This document shows positions 1 through 8,761 of a stretch of DNA of 64,000 nucleotides, piece after piece. Below the pieces are notes generated by a model. It had not been told where the DNA came from and did no database searches. It was given only the letters and a program-made list of their open reading frames with translations. The DNA is taken from the NCBI GenBank assembly GCA_038045825.1, contig JBBSXJ010000003.1, forward strand, positions 75,437 through 139,436, given 5' to 3'. The DNA comes from Nanobdellota archaeon. Lineage in GTDB: Archaea > Nanobdellota > Nanobdellia > Pacearchaeales > GW2011-AR1. The position numbers and the translations under genes were made by a program. Within the stretch, counting starts at the first letter, position 1, and each line of letters begins with the position of its first letter.

Positions 1-444
1 CATGTTTATGAGGCTCTTGGATGTATAAGTGATAAAAGAATAGAAATTGATTTGAATAATGGTGCTAAGGTATATTCTTCATCAAGAAATAAATTTTACA
101 ATGTAAATTTTGATTCTAAAACTAATTCAATTATGTGTAATGATAATACTTCTTACTACACAGATACTTTAAGTTATCCTTGTATTGCTTTGCTTTTGAC
201 TAATGGAATTATTAGTTACAATCCATTTTTTGCTCAATGGCTTAAAGGAATTAAGTGGAAAGATGTTAATCAGAAATTCAAGAATGATTATACAAAAACA
301 GAGGCATATGTTGGAGAATTAATAAAAGAAAGAGATTTGTCATTTGATGAATTGAACAAAGAAGTAGATAGTATAAATGAACAGTTATTCAAACTTAAAG
401 TTAAAATGCTTGGAAAGAAATTAAAACCACCTGTTGGGTATTAA
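1..444 (+). CDS. hypothetical protein, N-terminus outside window
   Basis: ORF track 52..444; reading the same frame upstream of 52 gives no stop back to nt 1, so the gene is 5'-truncated by the window. The Cys...PCIALLL pattern is only vaguely SWIM-like. Confidence 0.4.
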   Translation, partial: HVYEALGCISDKRIEIDLNNGAKVYSSSRNKFYNVNFDSKTNSIMCNDNTSYYTDTLSYPCIALLLTNGIISYNPFFAQWLKGIKWKDVNQKFKNDYTKTEAYVGELIKERDLSFDELNKEVDSINEQLFKLKVKMLGKKLKPPVGY

Positions 445-725
445 TTTCCGAATAGTCTTGAGAAAAAGCCTTTCTTCTTTTCTACTTCTGGCATAATAGG
501 TTCTATTTGAGGGGCAGGTTGCATTGATCTTAATCTATTCGCTTCCATTGCCGATTCATGAGTTATTTCTCTTTCTGCTTGTTGGAATGCCTTTTCAACT
601 TCAGATCTAGATGTGCCTTGGTTTACCAACATCCACTTTAGAGATTCTTTATTGTATCCTTTTCTAAGATTTCTTTTTATATAATTTACAGTATTTGATA
701 AATAAGTCTCATCTTTTTTCATCAT
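441..725 (-). CDS. hypothetical small protein
   Basis: 94-aa ORF whose 3' end overlaps the convergent neighbouring ORF's 3' end by 4 nt; no recognisable motif. Confidence 0.4.
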   Translation of the reverse strand: MMKKDETYLSNTVNYIKRNLRKGYNKESLKWMLVNQGTSRSEVEKAFQQAEREITHESAMEANRLRSMQPAPQIEPIMPEVEKKKGFFSRLFGN

Positions 726-783
726 AAATTTTATTGACTTATGTATAAAAAAGTTTCCTTTTTGATTTTGAAACTTTTGATGA

Positions 784-814
784 TCAAAGTTGTTACTATT
801 TAATACAACTTTGA
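784..814. repeat. 10-bp perfect inverted repeat TCAAAGTTGT / ACAACTTTGA with 11-nt loop
   Basis: Read directly in the intergenic space downstream of the AMP phosphorylase gene (minus strand). Possible terminator or operator. Confidence 0.25.
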
Positions 815-835
815 CATAAAAAGATTATGTGCTAT

Positions 836-2305
836 CTATTGAATGACAATTGGTCTCTGTTTATTGAAGAATTTTACTGCTTCGTCCAGTTTTGTCTTTG
901 ATTCTGAGAATATAGTTATTATTTTGTCTCCATTTGATATTTTCTCGCCAATATGTTTGTAAAGGTATACTCCTGATGCTTTATCTACAGGACAACCAGA
1001 TATTCTAGCGAGATAGTTTATGTTTTGATTGCTTATTTTTTGAACAATTCCTGAATGGCTTGATACTATTGTATGATGGAATTTCGATTCTTTGAGCCAT
1101 GCTTTAGCATCTCCTCCTTGTGCAGAGATTATATCTGAGAATTTTTTATATGCTTGTCCAGAGTAAAGAACTTCTTTTGCTTTGATTATGCCTTTTCCAG
1201 GCTTTGCTTTTCCAACCATTTCAATTATGTTCCCTGCTAGAAGTATAGCTTTGTCTTCCAAATCTTTTGGAGAATTATCTTGTTTCAGGACGCGAAGAAC
1301 ATCTTTCATTTCCAATATTGGACCTATTCCATTACCTATTGGTTGCTCTCCTTTTGTCATTATAGTTTTTATTTTTAGGCCTAACTTGCCCCCTATTAAA
1401 GTAAATAATTTTCCTAATTTCTCTCCTCTTTCTTTAGAAACTTTGGCACCTTCCCCGTAAGGGATATCTATCAGAACATGAGTGCTTCCTATAGAAATTT
1501 TCTTTGCTAATATTGAAGCTATTAATTGTGCTTCTGGATCAACTCGAAGTATTTTCTCTACTCTGATTAATTTATCATCTGCTGGAGCTAAACCTAATGA
1601 TCCTCCCCAGACCAAACATGCACCTGTTTTTTTAACAACCTTTTTTAAGTCATTTATAGATAAATTAACCGGGGCTATTGATTCTATAGCGTCTGCAGTT
1701 CCAGCTGCCGAGATAATTGCTCTCGAAGATGTCTTAGGCATTATTATTCCTAGGGCTGCACATATTGAAACAACTATAGGGGTTGTCCTATTTCCAGGTA
1801 TACCACCTATGCAATGTTTATCTGCGACTATTTTGTAATTCCAAGATATTTTATTCCCTGTATTTACTATTGCTTTTGTCAGATTTATTGCCTCTTCCAA
1901 AGAAGGATTGCAATGAACCATGGTTGATATGAAGTATGCTATCTCTGCTTCTGTAAGAAGATTATTTACTATGTCAAACATTATTTTCTCTAGCTCTTTC
2001 AAACTATACTCTCGACAGCCTTTCTGATTCTGTAATATAAATGAGCTTTCAGCAACTTCAGAAGGGAGTATTTCAACAAAACCATTGGTATGCTTTATTG
2101 ATAAGGCTAGTTCTTCAGATATTGCAGCTTCATCTCTCTTAATAAGACTTTGAACTAGGTCTGCTACTGCAACAAAAGTATCACCATTTCTCTTTATTGC
2201 AACTCTGTCTCCTGTATGTATCCCCATTTTCTTGGCAGTAGATTCATGCAAGAATATTACTGGCTTTCCAGCAGATATTTTTAGAAGTCTTAATTTTAGC
2301 CTCAT
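836..2305 (-). CDS. deoA: AMP phosphorylase (archaeal thymidine-phosphorylase family with N-terminal extension)
   Basis: 489 aa. N-terminal MRLKLR...SAGKPVIFLH...GIHTGDRV domain followed by a glycosyl-transferase family-3 core (DKHCIGGIPGNRTTPIVVSI, SSRAIISAAGTAD), as in archaeal DeoA/AMPpase. Confidence 0.8.
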   Translation of the reverse strand: MRLKLRLLKISAGKPVIFLHESTAKKMGIHTGDRVAIKRNGDTFVAVADLVQSLIKRDEAAISEELALSIKHTNGFVEILPSEVAESSFILQNQKGCREYSLKELEKIMFDIVNNLLTEAEIAYFISTMVHCNPSLEEAINLTKAIVNTGNKISWNYKIVADKHCIGGIPGNRTTPIVVSICAALGIIMPKTSSRAIISAAGTADAIESIAPVNLSINDLKKVVKKTGACLVWGGSLGLAPADDKLIRVEKILRVDPEAQLIASILAKKISIGSTHVLIDIPYGEGAKVSKERGEKLGKLFTLIGGKLGLKIKTIMTKGEQPIGNGIGPILEMKDVLRVLKQDNSPKDLEDKAILLAGNIIEMVGKAKPGKGIIKAKEVLYSGQAYKKFSDIISAQGGDAKAWLKESKFHHTIVSSHSGIVQKISNQNINYLARISGCPVDKASGVYLYKHIGEKISNGDKIITIFSESKTKLDEAVKFFNKQRPIVIQ

Positions 2306-2335
2306 TTAACTTCTTAGATTTGAGATGTTTAAAAA

Positions 2336-3370
2336 TTATTCCGATGGTGAGAACATATCTGAAAGAGTTCCGTCTTTGTATGCTTTTAGGAATAAAATCA
2401 AGTATGCAAGGATTAGAGGTCCTAGTATAAGTCCTATTATATTGAATACAAACAAACCACCTATCATTCCAACTAGAACTACTACTGAAGATACACCTGC
2501 TTTTCTTGATACTATATAAGGTCTAAGTATATTATCTATAGTTGATACGAAGAATCCGCAATAAACTGCAAAGGCTAGAGCTACTCCAACTTTTCCAGCT
2601 ATAAGCATAGTTATTGCAACAGGTATCCATATGAACCATGGGCCCACCATTGGAAGCATAGATGCAAAAACACCGAGTATTGTTAAGGTTAGAGCTTTAG
2701 GAACGCCGAATATTAATAATCCTAGACCTAGAGCAAGACCTTGGATAACTCCAACTATAATATAACCATAAATAATAGAGGAAGTTATATCTTTGAATCT
2801 TGTTACAAGAACGACTTCTTTATCTTTTCTGAATGGAGATATCCCTGCAATAAACTCTTTCAAGCCTTCTTGATCTCTTAGAGAAAAGAAAAATACAAAC
2901 AAAACAACCGCAAGATTCAACAATACTGTGGGAAGACTCTGAAGGAGACCTATGAAATAATCGAATATTGTTGAAGCTAAATTACCTGTAAACTGAATCA
3001 TTATTGTTGTTAGTTTTTCATTAAATTCTATACTTGCTGAAGGGAAAAGTTTTGATACGACTTGAGAATAATCGACGTTTTGGCTTAAATTGAACAAATC
3101 AAAGATCTGTTGGACTATGATGGGAATTGTAAACCATAATGGAACTATTATAATCAAAAGAACAAGAAGACACATTATTGTTGCAGAAGTATTTCTTGCG
3201 TGAATTGTTCTATAAACTATTTTATGAAGAGGAGAGAATATATAAGCTAAAATCAATCCACCGAATATAGAAAGAACAATTGGTCTTATTATTAGGAAAG
3301 CTGCTACTGCTAAAATCAATAAAACTGCTGAAACAAAAATACGCTTAATATCTTTATTTGATAAGGTCAT
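2336..3370 (-). CDS. AI-2E family transporter (PerM/UPF0118)
   Basis: 344 aa, multi-TM, C-terminal signature ILRPYIVSRKAGVSSVVVLVGMIGG. Confidence 0.75.
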   Translation of the reverse strand: MTLSNKDIKRIFVSAVLLILAVAAFLIIRPIVLSIFGGLILAYIFSPLHKIVYRTIHARNTSATIMCLLVLLIIIVPLWFTIPIIVQQIFDLFNLSQNVDYSQVVSKLFPSASIEFNEKLTTIMIQFTGNLASTIFDYFIGLLQSLPTVLLNLAVVLFVFFFSLRDQEGLKEFIAGISPFRKDKEVVLVTRFKDITSSIIYGYIIVGVIQGLALGLGLLIFGVPKALTLTILGVFASMLPMVGPWFIWIPVAITMLIAGKVGVALAFAVYCGFFVSTIDNILRPYIVSRKAGVSSVVVLVGMIGGLFVFNIIGLILGPLILAYLILFLKAYKDGTLSDMFSPSE

Positions 3371-3473
3371 ATTTTCTCGACGGTTTTTCTATATATAAAT
3401 TTTCGTAAGACTTCTGATTTAGTTGAAAAATAAAATTGTGATAATTTATAAAGTAATTTTTACAAACTAATTT

Positions 3474-4172
3474 ATGGATTTCTTCATTCACAAGCTTTGT
3501 TCTGGCAGGACTGACGAGCTTGCACACCTGCAATTTGAGAAATATAGTAGAGGATTATTCAAAGATAAAGCAATAGTTCAGGCTAAAAACTCTAAAGGAA
3601 ATTATTCTTTTGTAACAACAAGCGAATATGCTTCAGAGTTTGTAAGGGCGTGTGCTGAAGAATTGGGGAGTGATAAGACTAAAGTTGAAGGTGTTATAAT
3701 ATCTACAAAACCATTGCCTGGAAATATAAAATATGGAGGTATAAGTCAATTTATGGGTGTAAAGAAATATTCTATATCTGGAGAAATGACAGGTAATGAA
3801 ATAATCTCAATTTGCGACGCTGTTCCAAGAGCTTTCATTGCATTATCTTTCTCAACAAGTAAAAGTGAATTAAAAGTAAAACCTAAGGCTCCTAAATCTG
3901 CAAAACCTGGAACTGACTCAAGTCAAATTAAGGTTGATTTTTGCAAGCTTAAGACCACAAATCCTGAATTTGCTAAAAGATTATTTTTTGAAGGACATGA
4001 TTTCAAAAAAGCTCAAGCAAGACATGACTTTGATATTAATGACATTGAAGTCCCTAAAGATGAGAAAGATCCTATAAAAATGAGGGAGAGAGCTGTAAGA
4101 AAAGGAAAAATAGTCAGGAAATTAACAATTGATGATAAAGAAAGCAATAAAGAATATTCTTTTGCTGCTTAA
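3474..4172 (+). CDS. hypothetical protein
   Basis: 232-aa ORF with its own upstream AT-rich promoter-like region; no family recognised. Confidence 0.5.
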   Translation: MDFFIHKLCSGRTDELAHLQFEKYSRGLFKDKAIVQAKNSKGNYSFVTTSEYASEFVRACAEELGSDKTKVEGVIISTKPLPGNIKYGGISQFMGVKKYSISGEMTGNEIISICDAVPRAFIALSFSTSKSELKVKPKAPKSAKPGTDSSQIKVDFCKLKTTNPEFAKRLFFEGHDFKKAQARHDFDINDIEVPKDEKDPIKMRERAVRKGKIVRKLTIDDKESNKEYSFAA

Positions 4173-4219
4173 TTGAAAACTTTATATAGTTCTTTTAAGC
4201 CTTAGAGTTGGGAGGTTTT

Positions 4220-4558
4220 ATGAATCATAAAAATTTAGTTATTGGAAACCGTATTCTTCTTGGATTAATATTTCTCGTTGCTGGAGTAATGAAGATAACA
4301 AATTCAGAAGGAGTGGTAGAAATGTTAACAGGAAATGTTCTATTTTCATGGGCACCTGCTTTCTGGGCATGGGTTTTGATCCTCTCAGAAATTGTGTTCG
4401 GTATAGCGATTTTAGCTAGCTGGAGATTGAAATATACTGTTTGGCCACCTGTAGTAATAATGGTAGTTGCTGCTTTCACAGTTTATTGGGGTAACTGGTC
4501 ATCATTCTTAATACATTTGGCTATCGCATCAAACTTGTTGCTTCTGCATAAGAAGTAA
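4220..4558 (+). CDS. DoxX-like small membrane protein
   Basis: ORF track starts at TTG 4208. ATG at 4220 lies 5 nt after GGGAGG, so I prefer it. 4 TM segments; N-terminal RILLGLIFLVAGVMK is DoxX-like. Confidence 0.5.
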   Translation: MNHKNLVIGNRILLGLIFLVAGVMKITNSEGVVEMLTGNVLFSWAPAFWAWVLILSEIVFGIAILASWRLKYTVWPPVVIMVVAAFTVYWGNWSSFLIHLAIASNLLLLHKK

Positions 4559-4604
4559 TTGATATAGTTTTTTATTTTATTTTTGTATTTTATTTAGAGC
4601 AAGG

Positions 4605-4612
4605 TTTAAATA
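4605..4612 (+). promoter_or_regulatory. candidate archaeal TATA box (TTTAAATA) for the r-protein operon
   Basis: TTTAAATA lies about 100 nt upstream of the uL3 ATG in a 150-nt non-coding leader. No transcript data. Confidence 0.25.
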
Positions 4613-4712
4613 GTCCTTTTTTGAATTGGTTATCGTAGAAGTTGAACAAATGCAAGACGGTTGCTAACGTCAAGCATTAATCGGAAGAGTTGCTCCATAA
4701 ACACAATGGAAC

Positions 4713-5639
4713 ATGAAAATTTCAAGACCAAGATATGGAAGTTTGCAGTTTTGGCCACGTAAAAGGGCTGAACGTTTTTTACCTAGTGTTAACTGGGATG
4801 CAATAAAAGGAGAGGGTTTCTTAGGATTTATATCATATAAGGCTGGAATGGCTACTGCAATTGTTAAGGATTCTACTCCTAAGTCTATGACTCCTGGAAA
4901 GAAGATGGCTGTTCCAGTAACATTCTTGGAAATGCCTCCTATGAGAATTTACTCCGTTAGATTTTACAAGGATGGAAAGGTAATGACTGAAGTTGTTGTT
5001 TCAAATGATAGAGAATTAAAGAGAGTTGTTAAAGTCCCTAAAAATCCTTCTAAAGACCTCGACAATGTAAAAGATTTTGATGATATAAGAGTTATAGTAT
5101 ACTCCGTTCCTAAAGAAATTGGCCTTAAGAAAACCCCTGATATGACTGAAATTGGCGTTGGTGGAAAAGATAAGCTTAATTTTGTTAAAAATTATGTTGG
5201 AAAAGACATCAATGTTAATGATTTGAATGGGGATTTATTCGATGTTAGAGGATTGACTAAAGGTAAGGGATTATCTGGTCCAGTTCATAGATTTGGAATC
5301 AGTTTGAAACAGCACAAATCTGAAAAGGGAGTTAGAAAACCTGGTAGTTTAGGTCCATGGCATCCTGCTAGAGTTATATTCAGAGTTCCATTATCAGGAC
5401 AGCTAGGTATGTTCTCTAGACTTCATTATAACTTGAAAGTTCTGGCTTCTTCAGCAACAGCTGGAGATAAAGTAAAATTGAAACCATTTAAGAACTATGG
5501 AAATATAAAAACCAATTATGTTGTTCTTCACGGAAGTGTTCAAGGTCCTGCTAAAAGACAGATTTTATTGACTAGTCCATTAAGACCTTCATTAAAACAA
5601 ACTAGAAAGAAATTTGAAATGATTGAGGTACATATATGA
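4713..5639 (+). CDS. rpl3: 50S ribosomal protein uL3
   Basis: MKISRPRYGSLQFWPRKRA... and KGKGLSGPVHRFG motif; first gene of the conserved archaeal cluster. Confidence 0.95.
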   Translation: MKISRPRYGSLQFWPRKRAERFLPSVNWDAIKGEGFLGFISYKAGMATAIVKDSTPKSMTPGKKMAVPVTFLEMPPMRIYSVRFYKDGKVMTEVVVSNDRELKRVVKVPKNPSKDLDNVKDFDDIRVIVYSVPKEIGLKKTPDMTEIGVGGKDKLNFVKNYVGKDINVNDLNGDLFDVRGLTKGKGLSGPVHRFGISLKQHKSEKGVRKPGSLGPWHPARVIFRVPLSGQLGMFSRLHYNLKVLASSATAGDKVKLKPFKNYGNIKTNYVVLHGSVQGPAKRQILLTSPLRPSLKQTRKKFEMIEVHI

Positions 5640-5698
5640 AAGGACAAAAAATTGGTATTTTTAACATTTCATTTTCCATGGAGGAAAGAGTAAAATGA
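5636..5698 (+). repeat. inter-cistronic repeat element, copy 1 of 4 (uL3|uL4 junction)
   Basis: ATGAAAGGACAAAAAATTGGTATTTTTAACATTTCATTTTCCATGGAGGAAAGAGTAAAATGA; 58/63 identical to copy 2. Its ATG overlaps the uL3 TGA and its TGA overlaps the uL4 ATG. Confidence 0.9.
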
Positions 5699-6459
5699 AA
5701 GCAACAAACTACGACTTGAAAGGACAGAAGACTTCTGAAATTAATTTACCTGGAATATTTGCTACAAAAATAAGAGAAGATATTGCATTGAAATATTATG
5801 AAGCTGATAAGGAATTCCACCCTTATGCTCCCTCACCATTAGCTGGAAGAAAGCACTCTGCTTCTGGAACAATAAGTCACAGAAGACACGAATGGAAAGG
5901 ACATTATGGTAAAGGTATTTCTCGTGCTCCAAGAAAAGCAATGTGGAGAAGAGGAACTCAATTTTATTGGGTTGGCGCTGAAGTAAACTATGCAAGAGGC
6001 GGAAGAGCTGTTCATGCTCCAAAGATATTTTATAGACCTAGAAAGATAAATGATAATGAAATCAAGATAGCCATGCATTCTGCAATTGCTTCAACTGCTA
6101 AGAAAGAAATTGTTACAAAAAGATATACAAGATTGAATGATTTTGCAGGACAAGTTCCTTTTGTAATATCAAATGCTGAAAATATCAAAACAAAACAGTT
6201 AATTGAGATTTTGAAAAAAATGCTTGGAGACAAATATGAAGTTGCTCTGCAAGTAAAAAATGTAAGAAGTGGAAAAGGAAAGATGAGAAACAGAAAATAC
6301 AAGTCAACAGCTGGATTGTTATTTGTAAAAGCTAAGAATGAAAAAATAAATATTAAGGGAGTTGACGTCGTAAATGCTAACGAATTATCAATTGCTGATT
6401 TGTTCCCTTTGGGAAGACTTACTTTATATACTGAAAAATCCCTTGCGGAGTTGAAATAA
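5695..6459 (+). CDS. rpl4: 50S ribosomal protein uL4
   Basis: 254 aa, archaeal L4 N-terminus (MKATNYDLKGQKTSEINLP...) and operon position. Confidence 0.95.
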   Translation: MKATNYDLKGQKTSEINLPGIFATKIREDIALKYYEADKEFHPYAPSPLAGRKHSASGTISHRRHEWKGHYGKGISRAPRKAMWRRGTQFYWVGAEVNYARGGRAVHAPKIFYRPRKINDNEIKIAMHSAIASTAKKEIVTKRYTRLNDFAGQVPFVISNAENIKTKQLIEILKKMLGDKYEVALQVKNVRSGKGKMRNRKYKSTAGLLFVKAKNEKINIKGVDVVNANELSIADLFPLGRLTLYTEKSLAELK

Positions 6460-6460
6460 A

Positions 6461-6700
6461 ATGTTAAAACCTATTACATCTGAAAAAGCAGTAAAATTGA
6501 TTGATTTAGAGAATACTTTGTTGTTTGAAACAGACAGAAGAGAAACAAAAGATGTTATTGCAAAAGAAGTTGCTAACATGTTCAATGTTAAAGTTGAGAA
6601 AGTAAGAACATTAGTACGCGGAAATAAGAAATATGCGTATGTTAAACTAGCTAAACAAAATCCGGCAATTGATGTCGCGACTAAGTTGGGAATGATATGA
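6461..6700 (+). CDS. rpl23: 50S ribosomal protein uL23
   Basis: 79 aa, KKYAYVKL motif, operon position. Confidence 0.9.
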   Translation: MLKPITSEKAVKLIDLENTLLFETDRRETKDVIAKEVANMFNVKVEKVRTLVRGNKKYAYVKLAKQNPAIDVATKLGMI

Positions 6701-7056
6701 TGGTAACACAACAAACACCTCAATTAGAAGAAGGAAGAAAATATACTTTAATAGTTGGAAACAAAGGCGAAACACTAGAAGTTTTATATCTTGGAAAAGT
6801 TGTGAGACAACCGGTTTATTTTCCGCACGAATTTATTGGTAGGGCTCCTATTGGTGGCTCTGATAGTATTATTTCTTTTAGAATCAGAGAAGGAGGATTT
6901 AAAGTTAAAGCGGATTTGGTGGCACCTATTCCTGAAAAAGATGGAAGGGCATTTTTCACAAATATTTATAGTTCATCTTTTAGTCATGAAGTTGGACAAG
7001 TAGGTGTCGAAGAAAGAAGTAGATTGTTAGCTAAATTAAGGGGGGCTGGTTTGTAA
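6697..7056 (+). CDS. hypothetical protein embedded between uL23 and uL2
   Basis: 119-aa ORF. ATGA overlap with the uL23 stop and 1-nt spacer to the uL2 ATG; no family recognised. Confidence 0.6.
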   Translation: MMVTQQTPQLEEGRKYTLIVGNKGETLEVLYLGKVVRQPVYFPHEFIGRAPIGGSDSIISFRIREGGFKVKADLVAPIPEKDGRAFFTNIYSSSFSHEVGQVGVEERSRLLAKLRGAGL

Positions 7057-7057
7057 A

Positions 7058-7759
7058 ATGGGTAAGAGAATTATTTCACAGGCAAGAGGTAAGGGAAGTT
7101 TATCATACCAAGCAAGAAAACAAGCTTTCATTTATAGAATTGGATATCCAATTGGAAATGGAAAGGCAGAAGTCCTTAAGATATTGCACTCTGCTGCTCA
7201 CTCTGCTCCATTAATAAAATTGAAACTTGGTCACAGTATATTCTTCAATGTTGCATTTGATGGAGTAATGAGGGGGCAAAGTATTGTTATTGGTGGAACT
7301 GAAAATGCAATGGGAAATGTTATTGCTTTGAAAGACATTCCAGTATCAACAAGGATTTACAACATTGAACTTAACCCTGGAGACGGAGGAAAAATGATAA
7401 GAACATCTGGAAGCAGTGCTCAACTTTACAAAAGATATGATGATGGAAAAATAGGAATATTAATGCCTAATAGAAATGAATTGAAACTTGATGGAGAGTG
7501 CAGAGCAACTATAGGGATAATTGCTGGAGACGGAAGAAAACAGAAACCATTCATGAAAGCTGGAGTAGTACACTACAGAGCTAAGGCTAGAAACAAATTA
7601 TGGCCTAGAACTTCTGCTCTTAAGACTAACGCTGTAGATCATCCATTCGGTTCAGGAAGAGGAAAGAGACCTAAATCAAAGACTGCTAAGAGAAACGCTC
7701 CTCCAGGAAGAAGAGTAGGTCACTTAGCTCCTAGAAGAACAGGAAGGAAGAAACGATAA
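7058..7759 (+). CDS. rpl2: 50S ribosomal protein uL2
   Basis: C-terminal HPFGSGRG...APPGRRVGHLAPRRTGRKK signature. Confidence 0.95.
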   Translation: MGKRIISQARGKGSLSYQARKQAFIYRIGYPIGNGKAEVLKILHSAAHSAPLIKLKLGHSIFFNVAFDGVMRGQSIVIGGTENAMGNVIALKDIPVSTRIYNIELNPGDGGKMIRTSGSSAQLYKRYDDGKIGILMPNRNELKLDGECRATIGIIAGDGRKQKPFMKAGVVHYRAKARNKLWPRTSALKTNAVDHPFGSGRGKRPKSKTAKRNAPPGRRVGHLAPRRTGRKKR

Positions 7760-8163
7760 TGGCAAAAGAAATAGTAGCACTTAAGAGAGAAAAGAAATTC
7801 TGCGGTCTTACCATAGAGCAACTTAAAGCACTTTCACTAAAAGAAGCATCAGAATACATGCCTGCAAGAAGCAGACGTTCAGTGACTAGACATCCTGAAA
7901 TAATTGACAGATTTATCAAATCAGCTGAAGAGAAAATGTCAAGAAAGAAGAAAGTAAGAACACATTTAAGAGACTTGATTATAGTTCCTAAAATGGTTGG
8001 AATGAATGTTCAAATTTATAATGGAAAATCATTCGAAGAGCTTGCAGTTGATATTGAAATGATAGGTCATAGACTTGGAGAATTTGCATTAACAAGACAG
8101 AAAGTAAATCACTCTGCTGCTGGTATAGGAGCAACAAGAGGAAGTAAGGCAGCTAAGAAGTAA
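7759..8163 (+). CDS. rps19: 30S ribosomal protein uS19
   Basis: YNGKSFEEL...GHRLGEFALTR signature. Confidence 0.95.
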   Translation: MAKEIVALKREKKFCGLTIEQLKALSLKEASEYMPARSRRSVTRHPEIIDRFIKSAEEKMSRKKKVRTHLRDLIIVPKMVGMNVQIYNGKSFEELAVDIEMIGHRLGEFALTRQKVNHSAAGIGATRGSKAAKK

Positions 8164-8164
8164 A

Positions 8165-8761
8165 ATGGCAGAAACAAAAACAACAATGAATGAAGAAAAG
8201 CACACTCATACTGCTAAGACTGAAGAGAATAAACACAATCATGCCACTCATGAACATAAAGAAGGAGATAAACAAGATGAAAAAGCTCATGATCACAAAC
8301 ATGATTCAAAGACAGAACATAAACATGAAGAAAAGAAAGAAAAAATTGAAGTTAAAAAAGTAAAGAAAGATCATGCTATTGCTAGAAATGAAGGAGTTCA
8401 CATTTCAAAGAGACATGGAATATACATATGTTCATTCATTAAAGGAAAGACAATTGACAGAGCAATCAAAGAACTTGAGGAAGTAATAATTCTCAAGAGA
8501 GCTATTCCTTTCAAAGGAGAAATACCTCATAGAAAAGGAGACATGATGTCTGGTCGTTATCCCGTTGCTGCGTCTAAAATATTTATATCTATGCTTAAGA
8601 ACTTAAAGGGTGCTGTTTTGTACAACGGTATGGACATTACAAAAGCAAGAATATCTTCTGCATATACTAATTTCTCTCCTAGACCTCAAAGAAGAGGCGG
8701 AGCAAAAGGAAAGAGAGCATCTGTAACTATTGAAGCAAGAGAAATAGGGGTAAAGAAATAA
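8165..8761 (+). CDS. rpl22: 50S ribosomal protein uL22 with ~70-aa His/Lys/Glu-rich N-terminal extension
   Basis: The C-terminal ~125 aa match uL22 (ISKRHGIYICSFIKGKTIDRAIKELEEV). The N-terminus is low-complexity with repeated H-x-H. Confidence 0.9.
   Translation: MAETKTTMNEEKHTHTAKTEENKHNHATHEHKEGDKQDEKAHDHKHDSKTEHKHEEKKEKIEVKKVKKDHAIARNEGVHISKRHGIYICSFIKGKTIDRAIKELEEVIILKRAIPFKGEIPHRKGDMMSGRYPVAASKIFISMLKNLKGAVLYNGMDITKARISSAYTNFSPRPQRRGGAKGKRASVTIEAREIGVKK

Noticed and set aside
1182-1838. Two plus-strand ORFs (1182-1460 and 1482-1838) inside the AMP phosphorylase gene
   Set aside because: They are antisense shadow ORFs of a well-supported 489-aa gene. Their translations are low-complexity (Pro/Phe/Ile-rich) and have no start context.
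5762-6723. Minus-strand ORFs overlapping uL4/uL23 (5762-6022, 5839-6078, 6030-6302, 6424-6723). Similar antisense or alternative-frame ORFs occur throughout the track (e.g. 8727-8987, 9856-10212, 11104-11442, 13434-13739, 15328-15537, 15763-16143).
   Set aside because: All lie within strongly supported r-protein genes. AT-rich genomes generate long antisense ORFs by chance.
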